Assembly (NCBI GenBank): GCA_035221665.1
Contig: CM069145.1
Location: 7,688,001-7,752,000, forward strand
Direction of reading: 5' to 3'
DNA: 64,000 bases
DNA from: Okamejei kenojei
Taxonomy: Eukaryota
Shown: positions 22,151 through 34,572 of the stretch, in pieces
How positions within the stretch are numbered: the first letter of the stretch is position 1
How the letters are laid out: each line of letters starts with the position of its first letter
The notes under the pieces: model-generated
The model's database searches: none
The model's input: the letters and a program-made list of their open reading frames with translations, nothing else
Told to the model about the DNA's origin: nothing
Program-made: the position numbers and the translations under genes

Positions 22151-25100
22151 GGGAGCACTGGTTAGTCAGGTTCAAATACGATTTCTATAGTGGATTACCT
22201 GAAAATGAATGGATTTTGACTGTTGGCTGGATACCTGCCATTGACTCGCATTTTGTGTTGGGTATAGTTGTGAACCAGTTGAGGCTTTTTGTGGTTGTAC
22301 TGAACACAGTGCATTTCTGAGCTAAAGTGCAGCATCCACAAACTAATTAGCTTTCAGTCAATGGCATCATGCTGTGTCAGGATGTCCACAATTCTAGCTG
22401 CTCACTACCTGATTGGTACTTTGCAAGGAAGAATAAAGTGCACTCAACTACATTAGGCTCGCCTGATGCTACCGCCTACAGAAAACTGCAATGCTGCAGA
22501 CATTTCCAGCTCCAGTAGGGAAGGAGCAGGAGGTGAAGAAGTTCAGGGCAAAGCAATGTTCACATCAATGCAGTTTGAGTTGCTGTTGCACCATGTGGCA
22601 GACCTATGGGGTATTCTCCTTACCGAATAAAATGTTCCTAGCTAGAGTGCACATGGTGATTATTTTCTTCTTTAAAGGATCCTCTCTCTCTCTCTCTCTC
22701 TCCAAGAAGATTTCACAATACTCACCTACTTTTGTATTCTCGATGCTACATTATGGGAGGCATGGTCATGAATGTACCGAAGTTCAAGCTCGAGTGGATA
22801 TTATAAAACCCAAGAAATGAGAACTCAGCACATACTCTGAGCTCCTGATGGACTAGCTGCAATCTGAAAATACATTTCGGAGCAGCGAGATATAATTGAA
22901 AACACCATTAAAGAAACACCATAAAAATCAATGGCCGCAACAATGATCCCTTACAATAGCACAATTAGAATTCTTTCCACTGAAAGCTTGATCTTGAGCG
23001 GGTGTACTACATGTGGTGTTAGTTCCATTGTTGAGGTCCATTTTGCCATTGCCAGCTGTGTTATTGTGGCTTGCTAATTGCTGTTACAATCTATGCTGCA
23101 CATTTTCAGCAGACCAGCGCTGCTTGCAATGTCCTGTGCTTCCAAAGATGGCAGATGGTATAATTCATGCTAGAAACATTTGCATGTGCATTGCATGTTG
23201 AATAGGACACATCTGCAGTTGTAGCACCCATGGGCATATGCATGCAAATTTTCCCATTTACTCATTCTCCCTCTTTTATCTCCAGATATGCGTTTGCCCT
23301 GCTCCTTTGCAGTTTTCCTTTGAATGCTCCTCTTGCTTCAATATTCATTCATTGTTGTTATGGTGCAAATGAATATAATGCAAGATGTTCGATAAATATT
23401 GTACAGTTTGTTCTGTTGACAGTGTAGGGGATGGGTGATATTATCCATATCTTATCCAAAGATGTTGATTCATGCAATTTGGCAGGCATATTTTAATTGT
23501 AGACTGAAATTTAATTGAGTCTTCCACTTTCTCTAAAATGGGCTTGGGAGAATGAATAGCCATGAAGTGATTACATGGGAAAACAACATCATCAGCAGTT
23601 AGAGGAGCAAAGCAAAGTTTTATATTGATCATTAGGGCTTGAAAGGATTTTTTTATTATTTGCTTTATTGTTAAAGTTTAATGTTTTATGTATCATTCTT
23701 AACTGTCACTGTGTGTCATGTTGTCACTTGTGGGTGGAGCAACACGGCAAATTCCTTGCATGTGAATACATGGCCAATAAACACATTCATTCATTCAATT
23801 CTTTAATACCTTGCGCTTAATGATGACTGATGACTAGGGTCTGATTCTAGGTCTAATTCTAGAAGGAATTGGCTCTAAATAGTTTAATTGCATATATTAT
23901 GCATTGCAGAACGAGCAACGATAGCTTCTGAAATCTCCTTTTAACAATTTAGAATCGTTTTTTGTGTTACTGTTGTATACGTGAAGGTCGTTCACAGTGA
24001 GTGACTTGCATAATAGCTGTGCAGCAGTTTTTAAATCTTTTAGAATCCTTTGCACCTTTGTCTGGAATTGTTCGGCCATTCTCCATTGCTGTGAATCATT
24101 TAGAGGACAGCGTTCAATTATTAAATCTGAATATGCATTATCATCCTGTAATTCTATTAACATTTACTTATTTTTGTTTTATTTTCTGCATTGCACATAT
24201 GAATTTTGGACTGTACATCACTAGTTAATATTCCCTTGAGTATCGGGGTGGGGAGAAATTCTCCAATTGCAAAGTAATGTGTAGAAAAATGGTAGTTATT
24301 CTGACTTCAGTATGTTTTTACTGAATCTACCAATGTAATTGTTTGTTAGTACAAATGACAGCCTTGGTATGGCTTCAGTGCAAATCCCCAAATTAAAATG
24401 CAACTATTTTAATTGTTTGCGCATTTCTATCCGTGCTTTATTTTCTTAGAACAAGAACACATTTTTTTTTTTAACACATAATTTCATATTTTGGGATGTG
24501 TTCCGGATTTCCAGTTCTGAACAAATATGATCCAAGAGCAATCCTTGCAGCAAGTCATATTACTTACTTTCAAACATCTTTCCCATGTTCTCTCCCTCAC
24601 TGTAGTGATGCTGTGATTAGCGTTGTGAGAAATTATTTTTGCTGTGTGTTAGTGGATCCCTTGTGCTGACACCCGAGAAGATAATGTTTGGGATGTTTGA
24701 TGTCCAAACGGACCTTTTTCTAAATTGACAAACACATGAAATTTTGTTCCTTAAACTGCTGAGGCCAATCAAACTTCAGACCCCAGATCAGGACTGGTTC
24801 TGCACGATATATTGTTTTGCATCTTATCTTTGGGATAGATGTGAGAGCCAAGTGTTTGTTGAACATGTAAGAGGAAGAGCAGGTCATTGTACTTTATTAA
24901 TGCTCTGTTTCTCCCTCTTTAGTTATTGTTGGTCTCTTCCATCCTCGGGGCCTAACACCAGAGTTTGTAGTTTATTTGCATTCCCCATATTATTTTAAGT
25001 CACAATTTCATACATTGATAAGTTTTCCTGTGATGGCGAACATATTTGGTGTAAATTATAAACACAAAATGTACAGAAGGGGATAAGTGTAGTCTCATTT

Positions 25101-26242
25101 ATTTAATAGTGATTTGTTTGGTGGATCATGCTTTAAAAGGGTACTACATTACCAAAGCAATGCTTTAAAAGGGTATTACATTACCAAAGCAAATGTAAAG
25201 AGTGCCATTTATGCATTTTTACCAATGTTTTATGTATCACATTTTGTAGTGCAGTCAAAATCAGGCTGGTATACCATATTTAAAAAATCTAAGGATACAT
25301 TTTGCACAAAATGCACAAGGTTGGAATTGTTATTGCTGAATGGAGTTATGCAAAAATAATGAGAGGTTAGGCTTTTGTCTTTTGAATGATGAAGGGCATG
25401 AACCATTGTCATGGTGAACCACTATGAAAACTTTGAAAGCCTAAGTAAAAGTTGGACACTTGTGCTTTTAGTTTATTTCCATCGGCGGTCACAAGATGAG
25501 AGGGTCATAATATGGTGGCAAAGAAGGAAGAGTTTTAAATTGCAACACTGCATAAGAGGATTAGTGATTTGGCAGAGGGGGCAGGATGTGGCTTGACTGC
25601 TGAAAGATTCCTAAGATCTGTCAGCAGAGGGAAGTCGGTCTGGATGCTGAACTTTGTGAATGCACAAGATCACCTTCTGAGATAATAAATTCAATGATTT
25701 TGGGTTCAGGAAAGTGTAATCATCATTTTCCTGGATCCTTATAAATCCCACCCTTTTCCATTGTTTCTTCAGAATGGTATAAGAGAAACAGGTATTTTAT
25801 TGACAAATTGAATAACTATGAAATGTGTTAGACAACGTTTAAAAGTTACACCAGAGTTTACGAAGTTCCCGATTTTTACTCTAAGTTAGAAAACTACTTT
25901 CACCAATTTTTGCAGCTGGTGTGATTGGGCAATAGTACTCTGTACAAATGTTAGCATTGCCATGAAAAATAAACCCAATGTATTCACCTCTTGATAACAT
26001 TGACCTTGATTAAAAGTTCCACTCATTCACTCTTGGATAAAAATCCTCAGATAAGCTAGATTTAGATCAACTTATTTTTATTCAAGTACATTCAGTTTTC
26101 AAATATTTTTTAGAGGATTTTATTGAACACTGAGGTGAATGGTTTCAACAGCAACTTGGCAACATAGGAATTGGAAAAGCAAAGTCACCCATTTGATCGA
26201 TACTGGCTTCAAGAGTAAGGAAGTCGCCTACTTTCTCTGAGT

Positions 26243-26548
26243 AGGGCCTGCGCCACGATGCGAGTTCACCCAAGAGCTCTCCCGAGTTTAAAAAAAAATC
26301 AAACTCGGGGTACCTCATCACGGGTATTTTATTACTCTTGGAAATTTTTCACACTGTTGAAAAACTTCACGAGTTTCCGCGCTTCCCGAGAACCTGCCGT
26401 TAGCATTACGAGCCGCTACGAGACATCCACGAGCTCCAACGTACCCGCTACGTACCTTCTACTTACTTACCACGAGTCTGATTTTTTTAATTTTTTAAAA
26501 AAAACTCGGGAGAGCTCTTGGGTGAACTTGCATCGTGGGACAGGCTCT
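26243..26548. mobile_element. Harbinger-like MITE with long TIRs
   Basis: ~55-bp inverted ends AGGGCCTGCGCCACGATGCGAGTTCACCCAAGAGCTCTCCCGAGTTT and its complement. Termini resemble those at 31505 and 45912. Confidence 0.75.
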
Positions 26549-27089
26549 GCAAACACGGTTAAGGATCTCCATCTGATTCTACTATTTTATCCCCTCATTT
26601 AAAATATCACAAGTCCTAGCGATGTTTCAGCTGGTAATGCCTGATCATAACCTGGTATATTGGCTCTGAACTCACAGCACATGTGACCTGCAGCCAAAAA
26701 TGCGAGTGCTGTACCACATTAATTTTAAATACATTTCCACATTTTGCCTTGGAAGAGAAGCCTTAGATATCAAGCCCAAAATTAATATTGAATATAGCAT
26801 CCAATTATGTCAACATTTCGATGTTGAGATTAATCTTCATTTGTTTCTCACTTGGGTAGAACCCATATTATATAACCCATATTTTATCTTTTAGTTTCAA
26901 ACAGCTATGCATTATTCATAAAAGAGTTGTGCTCTCGTCTAAGTCTCTTTATGGAAGCAAATAACAGTAAACTCTTTATGTTAAAAGAAAATATAAAGAG
27001 TACAGAAATTAATGTATGAAGGAAAAGAGACTTGCATTTGCATATACTCGGGACAATATACACATGAGCAACGTGCGTATAGTCAGACC

Positions 27090-27370
27090 AGGTTTACTTT
27101 ACTTTAGACGTGCAAACAGGCCCTCCAGCCCACGAAGTCCATGCCAGCCAACGATCACCCTGTACACTACACACTAGGGACAAATTACAATTTGCAGAAG
27201 CCAATTAACCTACAAACTGCACGCCTTTGGAGTGTGGGGGGAAACCGGAGCACCTGGAGAAAACCCATGTGGTCGCAGGGAGAGCATACCAACTCCAGGC
27301 AGACGGCACCCACAGCCAGGATCAAACCCAGGTCTCTGGCGCTGTAAAGCAGCAACTCTACCACTGTACC
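27090..27370 (-). mobile_element. tRNA-derived V-SINE
   Basis: B-box-like GGTTTGATCC and V-domain on the - strand. Confidence 0.8.
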
Positions 27371-28454
27371 AGTACCGACCCAAGTTGTCACCCTTCAGCT
27401 GATAAAATACTGACTCTGGAATTATGTAATAAAATTCAGGAAAATGGGGACAATTTTAGCCTGAAGTTGAAAACCTCCATTAAGGTAGGTTAGTCCAAAA
27501 TATTTGAAGAACGTCTATTGTGAAATACACATTTTTTCAAAGGTTAAGCCTGCAGTTAATGGACAATATCTTCAACAAATAATTAAGCTACTTGTGCTAT
27601 TCACTTGATGTGGATATCGATGAATAATTGCTAATTTGATTTTCAGATCATTTGGATTGAAGAATAATTGGAAGAAGTATTGAAGAATAATTGGAAGAAG
27701 TATAGGCTGTCATGGTTAATAATCAGAATTCCTTCTAGTATTGCTCAGTTAATGAGAAGGTGCACAAGGGTTAAAGAAGGAACTGAGAAGGTGCACTGTT
27801 TTGCAACAATGCAATATTTGATAAAGCATTGCTGAACACACTTTCAGGATTGAGACACATCATGCTTTGCTTGGAGTTAGTTTGTGTTAGAGAAAGGAAC
27901 ATTGAGGAAATGTTAACATTTAGTGGGTGGGCTGGATTTTGGGTTTGTAGGTAGCAAAGGGTTTCTGTTGTTTTATTTTGTCAATCAATTATCCCAATGT
28001 TCTACATAATGTTGTTGCTTAGAAATAAAGGAGGAAAATTGAGCTTGTGTCCGATGACACGATTTGTGAACTGTTTGGAATGGCACCATGAACTCTGGTT
28101 TAGCAACACCAGGATGGACATCTTGGCATTTGGATGCCCATGATTTGGGTCCAAACGCTGCAAGATGGGGGATTGCTGAACCTTTGGGGCACCGTAATGA
28201 GTAATTATCCAATGAGAAGGAATCTTTTCCATCTCCGTCATGGGAGGAATTCCTCAGGACCAGCAGCATGTAAATGAAATTTTTGGGATTTCAAAATTCC
28301 TAGAAAGTGGCTAAGTTATGCAGCAGATCAGTGCTGAGAGGGGGCTGGCAGCACTAGTGTCAATGTTGCATGTGGTGGAATGGCAAGGGGAATAGACGTC
28401 ATATGAGACCTCCCCTGAGATAACTTTGTGTTTTTCAAATTCAATTCTTACAGA

Positions 28455-28960
28455 AAGAGGTGGCGCAGCAGTAGAGCTGCTGCTTCACAGCACCAGAGAT
28501 CTGGGTTTGATCCCGACCTCTGGTGCTTTCTGTGTGGAGATTGTGACCACGTGGGTTTCCTCCAGATGCTCTGGTTTCCTCCCACATTACAAAGACGTGC
28601 ATGTTTGTCGGTTAATTAGCCTCTGTCAATTGTCCATAGTGTGTAGGATGTGAAAATGGGATAACATAAAACTAGAGTACGGGTGATTGATGGCCAGCAT
28701 GTAAAAAAGATCTGCAGATGCTGGTTTAAATCAGTAGACACAAAATGCTGGAGTAACTCAGCGGGTGAGATAGCATCTCTGGAGAGAGGGAATGGGTGAC
28801 GATTCGGGTCGAGACCCTGAAGATGGAACTCGATCCGAAACGTCGCCCATTCCTTCTATCCAGAGATGCTGCCTCACCCGCTGAGTTCCTCCAGCATTCT
28901 GATTGATGGCCAGTGTGGACTCTGTGGGCCGAAGGGCCTGTTTCCATGCTGTATCTCTAA
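28455..28960 (+). mobile_element. tRNA-derived V-SINE with a nested palindromic hammerhead element (28698-28899)
   Basis: A box TGGCGCAGCAGT, B box GGTTTGATCC, V-domain. The nested insert has a 14-bp TSD TGATTGATGGCCAG (28684-28697, 28900-28913). Confidence 0.85.
28817..28844 (+). ncRNA. Minimal hammerhead core in the large CPEB3 intron (sense)
   Basis: CUGAAGA-U-GGA(acucga)UCC-GAAAC-GUC. Stem II is weak and local stem I pairing is poor. Confidence 0.45.
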
Positions 28961-31039
28961 GCTAAGAAAGAGGATCCATGAGCAAAGAAAACCTGCAATT
29001 AATGTTTTCCTTAGCAACACGTGAATGAACAGTTGTTAATTGAACAATAATTCCAAGACTTAAAACAACAGCTGCTCTAATTATATTTTCTTGTTTGTCA
29101 CTGTCTCTTTCTGCCTTACATTTTCCATTAGATTCTATTTTCAATTGAAGTAAAAAATTATTTTGCAGCTTTTTTTTGGTGCAACAGCAGCTTGGAAAGT
29201 AATATCTGAGAAGGAATTGCTGGCAACAACAATTGCCCATGTTTGCTGCTCCTCTGGCAAGAAGAATGAATGTGACCTTTTCTGGATCTGCCAGTGTTGA
29301 CCTGCGCTCCAGAACCATCCTGTTCTGGGTGTCGAGTCCATGTGCAATGGATGACCCAGCAGAATATAAGGCAGTTATTTGAGCAGGTCAGGACAACGTC
29401 TTCTCCATGAAATGGCCGAAGAACACCTGGCACCCAATTAATCCATATTCCTTGTCACAGTTGTCAAGGACTTCAAATTATGTTGAATCCACCCAATTGC
29501 AGAAGCGTTTAAAACAAAAGGGATAAACTGAACTAATTATGTGTCTCCTAATTTTTTTTAAAAGCACAACTTGTTATCGATGTTCAACCAAACACATTTA
29601 ACAAAATGTGTATGATTTACTAATATTTCACCCAGCTTTTAGTGGAGTGGACGTTTTGTTTCTGTGCTGATCTCATTGGAGATGGGTCCAATGGACAGCT
29701 TCCCCAGCACGGCTTGTGGGGAATTAAAATAAATTAATGCTATGTTGCTAGATCTCATGAGGAATGTAGATCTGGAGCTCTTGTCAGGAAATCCCCGATT
29801 TAGAATAGCCAGGAAGCTGCATTTTATCAGGGATTATGATTGTCCCTAGCATTAATGGGCATATATTCTTCCATTTTATCAAATAATTCCTAGCATCTCC
29901 CTGCAAGTTCCAGTCCTTGTTTTCACATAATATGGAAAAACTAGTAATTGCATGCTGAGTAAAGATGCCGTTTAACAATACATTGGATAAACAATAACTG
30001 TTTGGCTTAGAAACACAAAATCTACCGGGTTCAATTACATCCATGTTCCATTATAAATAAACATTCGAAATGTGTTTCGCAACCTGTTTCCACCATGTTC
30101 ACAGTAGTAAATCTTGGTATCGGACGTGAAGTTTATTGCTTTATCGGATTATTTTTAAAGGGTGATCCTTTTTATAGTTTATTCTTTATCTGTAAACTGT
30201 GGATGGCTTTATTGTAATTGCGAATTATCTTTTCTTTGACTGCATAGCGCACATCCCAAAAGCTTTTCACTTTACCTCGGTACATGTGAAATTAATAAGC
30301 TGTTATAAACTAATAAGAGCTCTCTTAATTTATATGCCGTTCCAATTTACATGCCATACCAAAAGATAGCAGCAAGCATGGTTCATGGTTTCTGGCAGCT
30401 ACTTGTTTGAGATTAACATCTGCATTGTTATTTCACATAGAAGCAGCAACATTATTTTTGAATATCAATGTGAAACGATCCAGAAGAAAAAAGATAATGC
30501 CGATTTCTAATATAATCGAAAGGTACAGAGGATTATTAGGCATCTTAGTTACATTGAGAAATGCAACTGATGAAAGGGATGGTATGTCTTTTTGTAAAAA
30601 GATTTCATCAGTTTTGAATGGATTGCATGTGGATTTAAATTTTAACCTATTTAAATCTTGACTGCAACTGTACATTTGGAGAGCATTGAATTGTCAAAGA
30701 TGCCGGCCATCAGTATGCCTGCTAAAAGATCCTGTGATAGACACTAAATGCTGGAGTAACTCAGCGGGACAGGCAACATCTCTGGAGAGAAGGAATGGGT
30801 GATGTGATCCTGATCCTGTGATACGGTTTCAATAAATGGGATGCCCTCTCCAACGTTTCTAATTGCAAATGAGACGACCACATTCGGATTTAATTGATCT
30901 TTTGTTCTTTTGCTTCTGTGATTGTTCATGTGCAGTTTGAATGCCACATTTGCTAACATAAAGGTGATCACGGCATTTAAAACAAATGTATTAATTTAAA
31001 AAAGATTTTGACATCCATGCCTATGCCAAGATACTACTT

Positions 31040-31395
31040 GGAGTCATACAGTGTGGAAACAGAACTTGCCCACACCGGCCAACATGTCCCAGCTACACTA
31101 GTCTCACCTGCCTGTGTTTGGTCCATATCCCTCCAAACCTGATCTCTCCATGTACCTGTCTAATTGTCTCTTAAATGTTGGGATAGTCATTGCCTCAACT
31201 ACCTCCTCTGGCAGCTTGTTCCATACACCCACCATCCTTTGTGTGAAAAAATTACCCTTCAGATTCCTATTAAATCTATTCCCCTTCACCTTAAACCTAT
31301 GTCCTCTGATCCTCGATTCACCTATGGGCAAGAGACTCTATCTGATCTATTCCTCTCATGATTTTATACACCTCTATAAGATCATCCCTCATCCT
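31040..31395 (-). mobile_element. CR1 3' fragment
   Basis: GESRIRGHRFKVKG..FFTQRMVGVWNKLPEEVVEA. Confidence 0.9.
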
Positions 31396-31504
31396 CTTAA
31401 ACACTGCTGCTCCTTTCTTTCCTTCCAGCTTGCTGTTTATGCTAATTATTGAACCAAATATCAGGCTTTGCTTGGTGGTTCCAAACAGAAATGTATGCGT
31501 CTAA

Positions 31505-32109
31505 AGGGCCTGTCCCACTTACGCGACCTTCTAGCGTGTGGGTAGCGCGTGGGTAGTGCGGACGGGTGCATGGAGCGGCGTGTAGGAGTGTGGACTTCGT
31601 CCTGCACGAAAATCTTTGCACGCCATCGGCCTGTCGTGTAACTGACGGCCAAAGTGGGACAGGCCCAAGGCCCTGGCGCGTCACAACGTCTCACCTCCAT
31701 CAGCAGCAGAAGCAGACAAAACGATCGGCGAGCTAGGCCTGGGGTTCACGGCCGTTGCGGATCCGCCCCTACTCCTACTCCCAGAGCGGGTCCAAGACGA
31801 TTGGAGATAGACACAAAATGCAGGAGTAACTCAGCGGGACTGGCAGCATCTCTGGAGAGAAGCAATGGGTGAAGTTTTGGGTTGAGATCCTTCTTCAGAC
31901 TGAAAAAGAGTCTCGACCCGAAACATCATCCATTCCTTTTCTCCAGAGATGCTGCCAGTCCCGCTGAGTTACTCTTGCATTTTGTGTCTATCTTCAAATG
32001 ACGTCACGTGCTCCAGACGGCTGTGCGGACGCATGATGACGTGCGCGACCGCTGTGCGTCAGTCACTACTGGCCTGTCGCGTAAATGACGGCCAAGTGGG
32101 ACAGGCCCT
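31505..32109. mobile_element. PIF/Harbinger MITE with a nested palindromic hammerhead element (~31803-31997)
   Basis: TIRs AGGGCCTGTCCCACTT and AAGTGGGACAGGCCCT, TAA TSD on both sides. Extra internal TIR copy at ~31652-31666. Confidence 0.85.
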
Positions 32110-32741
32110 TAACTCTTCAAACAGCCGTCGATCCCAGATTCAGTAAAAACACTAACAAATAGGGTTATCTGGGAATAAACCACTGACCTTGGTCTTCTTG
32201 GGATTACCCAGCTCACTTGGATCCTGCTTGCTATTGGATCAAAGCATTCATTTCTATGGAAACTGCGGTGAATTAGGAAGCTAATTCTTCTTGCATACTT
32301 TTAATTTAATATTTTAAAATGTTTGTAAGTTAACTTCATCTTTTCTAATTCCAAAGATGCAGAGCCTTTGTATTTAATTAGATTTCGATTAGCTTTTAAA
32401 TGTCCCTGGATGTCTGATGTGAAGGACCAGTGTGATTGCTTCTCCACTTCCAGGCAAAGGAAGGATGAGGTGGTGATGAGGGCTGCCAGCAAGATCAGGC
32501 CATGTCAATTTGCATGTCACATAATCACTGGAGGAAGTTTATTTGGTTATTTTATTTCCACTGCTACATACTTGTGGCATAGATTTGTGACCATGAGGGA
32601 TTCTTAAATAAATATGTGTAAAAAATGAAGAAATTGTAAGTAAGGAATCTAACTGTGCCCTCGCAGCCGTTAGTTTCCTTGGCATTCACAGTGGGTAGAG
32701 AAGGATGAATTCCTCGTCATATCTTTAAATTGTTTCTGTGA

Positions 32742-33150
32742 TGAGTTTAGAAGAATGAGAAGGGACTTCATTGAAATGTACAGAATAGTGAAAGGCTTGG
32801 ATAGAGTAGATGTGGAGATGATGTTTTCACTAGTGGGAGAGTCTAGGACTAGAGGTCATCACCTCAGAATTGAAGGACGTTTTTTTAGGGAGATGAAGAG
32901 AAATGTCTTTAGTCAGTGGGTGGTGAATCGGTGGAATTCTTTGCCACAGAAGGCTGTGGAGGCCAAGTCAGTGGATATTTTTAAGGCAGAGGTAGATCGA
33001 TTCTTGGTTAGTGCAGGTGTCAGAGGATTTGGGGAGAAGGCAGGAGAATGAGGTTAGGTGGAAGAGGTAGATCAGCCATGATTGAATGGCGGAGTAGACT
33101 TGATGGGCCAAATAGCCTAATCCTACTTTTATCCCTAATTACCTTATGAG
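32742..33150 (+). mobile_element. CR1 3' fragment
   Basis: RRMRRDFIEMYRIVKGLDRVD..WNSLPQKAVEA, followed by a 3' UTR. Confidence 0.9.
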
Positions 33151-34412
33151 TGCATTTATATTCACTTACCATTAAAATAGAACTGCACTCGTATTGCAAT
33201 TGAACATTTTGATTATATGGGAACACAAAAGAAATCTGCTCTAACAAAGCTACATTCATGGCAATAATTTGGAAATAATCAGAGAAAGATGTTTGCAAAT
33301 TGTTTGAATAATATATTAAAGCCAATTGATACTTCATTACATGTGCCCACGTTTTAAGACTATATTTCTTATGCAAAATATCTTTAGCCAAGCAAATTCG
33401 GAACAAAGTCCAAGTTGGACTGAGTTAGTTAATGTAGAAATTAATTCAAGCATGAAGCTATTAAATCCATATTTTTCCCCAAATTAGCCATTTAGGTTAA
33501 ATTGATTGGATGAGATTTTAAATTCTGAATACTAAAATCCACCATATCCATTTGAGAAGATAGCTCAATTGGAGTAAAGTGGGACAAACCACAGTATAAC
33601 CATTAGCAAGGCAATTTTCTTGAAATATTCTAGCATTTATCTTTCCAAGCACTATGTTTAGAGAGAGTTTATGCAATATGCTGTTTTATAATGAACAGTA
33701 TTATGTTTTAGATCCTTGAGTCATTCATTTCCCCAATCAATCCCAGCGTTTAATGTGTGTGTAACTAACAAATGTCCATTGATATAGAAGAGTGGATGGT
33801 CCTTTCCTGCAGACCTGATTATAAATGGGAAATAATTAAATTAATATATCCTAAATATGAGTATAACAATAAATGATGATAAGAATAAAGATAATAGTCT
33901 CGGGCTGTTTCCTGGTGGAAATCGTAAAGCTAGAAAACAGGAAAATTGCAAGAGTGTGCTCTTTCACTTCCATGGCAACATCTAAAATTAATGTTCATTT
34001 TCTTCCAGTCCTTTCCATATATTGTGCATAGTGAATTAAAAAGCCAATGGGGAATTAAGGATTAATTCATACAATGATATCTAACTTGATTTGCTGAGCT
34101 CATTCCTTCAAATCTGCTCAACTGCAGCAACTGATTTGGAAGCATTGGAATTATGCTAGTTGATAAATGACTTCTGAATTGTGATAATTATAGAGCTTGT
34201 GCTTGGCTACCTCTTAAAGGTAAGAAAGCAATTTTGTCATTGGGAAGTTCGCAAGTTATCCAACATTAAAACCCTAAAACAACCATTGCCCATTGAAGTT
34301 TTTGCAGCTTTTCAGAAATAACTTATAGGTTTCCATGGTTTTCATAATTCAGTGATGTATTGAAAAGTATTTGATACCAAGTGCCTCCAATACCCTCTCT
34401 TTTCAATTACAG

Positions 34413-34572
34413 GACCGGAATCGGCCCTATGATGCATTTAACTTGCACTCTTTGGAGAATTCCTTAATGGATATTATGAGGAGTGACCATGAACCTATGA
34501 AAGGTAAACACTATCCCCCCAGTGGCCCACCAATGACTATTGCCGACATAATGTGGAGGAATCACTTTGCAG
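34413..34572 (+). CDS. CPEB3: CPEB3 second coding exon (alternative donors at 34503 and 34572)
   Basis: ttacag| acceptor. Encodes DRNRPYDAFNLHSLENSLMDIMRSDHEPMKGKHYPPSGPPMTIADIMWRNHFA-G. Donors AAG|GTAAAC and CAG|GTTAGC, both phase 1. Confidence 0.95.

Noticed and set aside
28455-28520. tRNA gene
   Set aside because: The A/B boxes belong to a SINE head followed by a V-domain. No intact cloverleaf.
13112-34412. Ortholog of the mammalian HDV-like CPEB3 ribozyme in the equivalent intron
   Set aside because: No match recognised by eye. The best look-alike (~32650-32680, CTGTGCCCTCGCAG) lacks a proper L3/P1/P2 arrangement. A covariance-model search is needed to exclude it formally.
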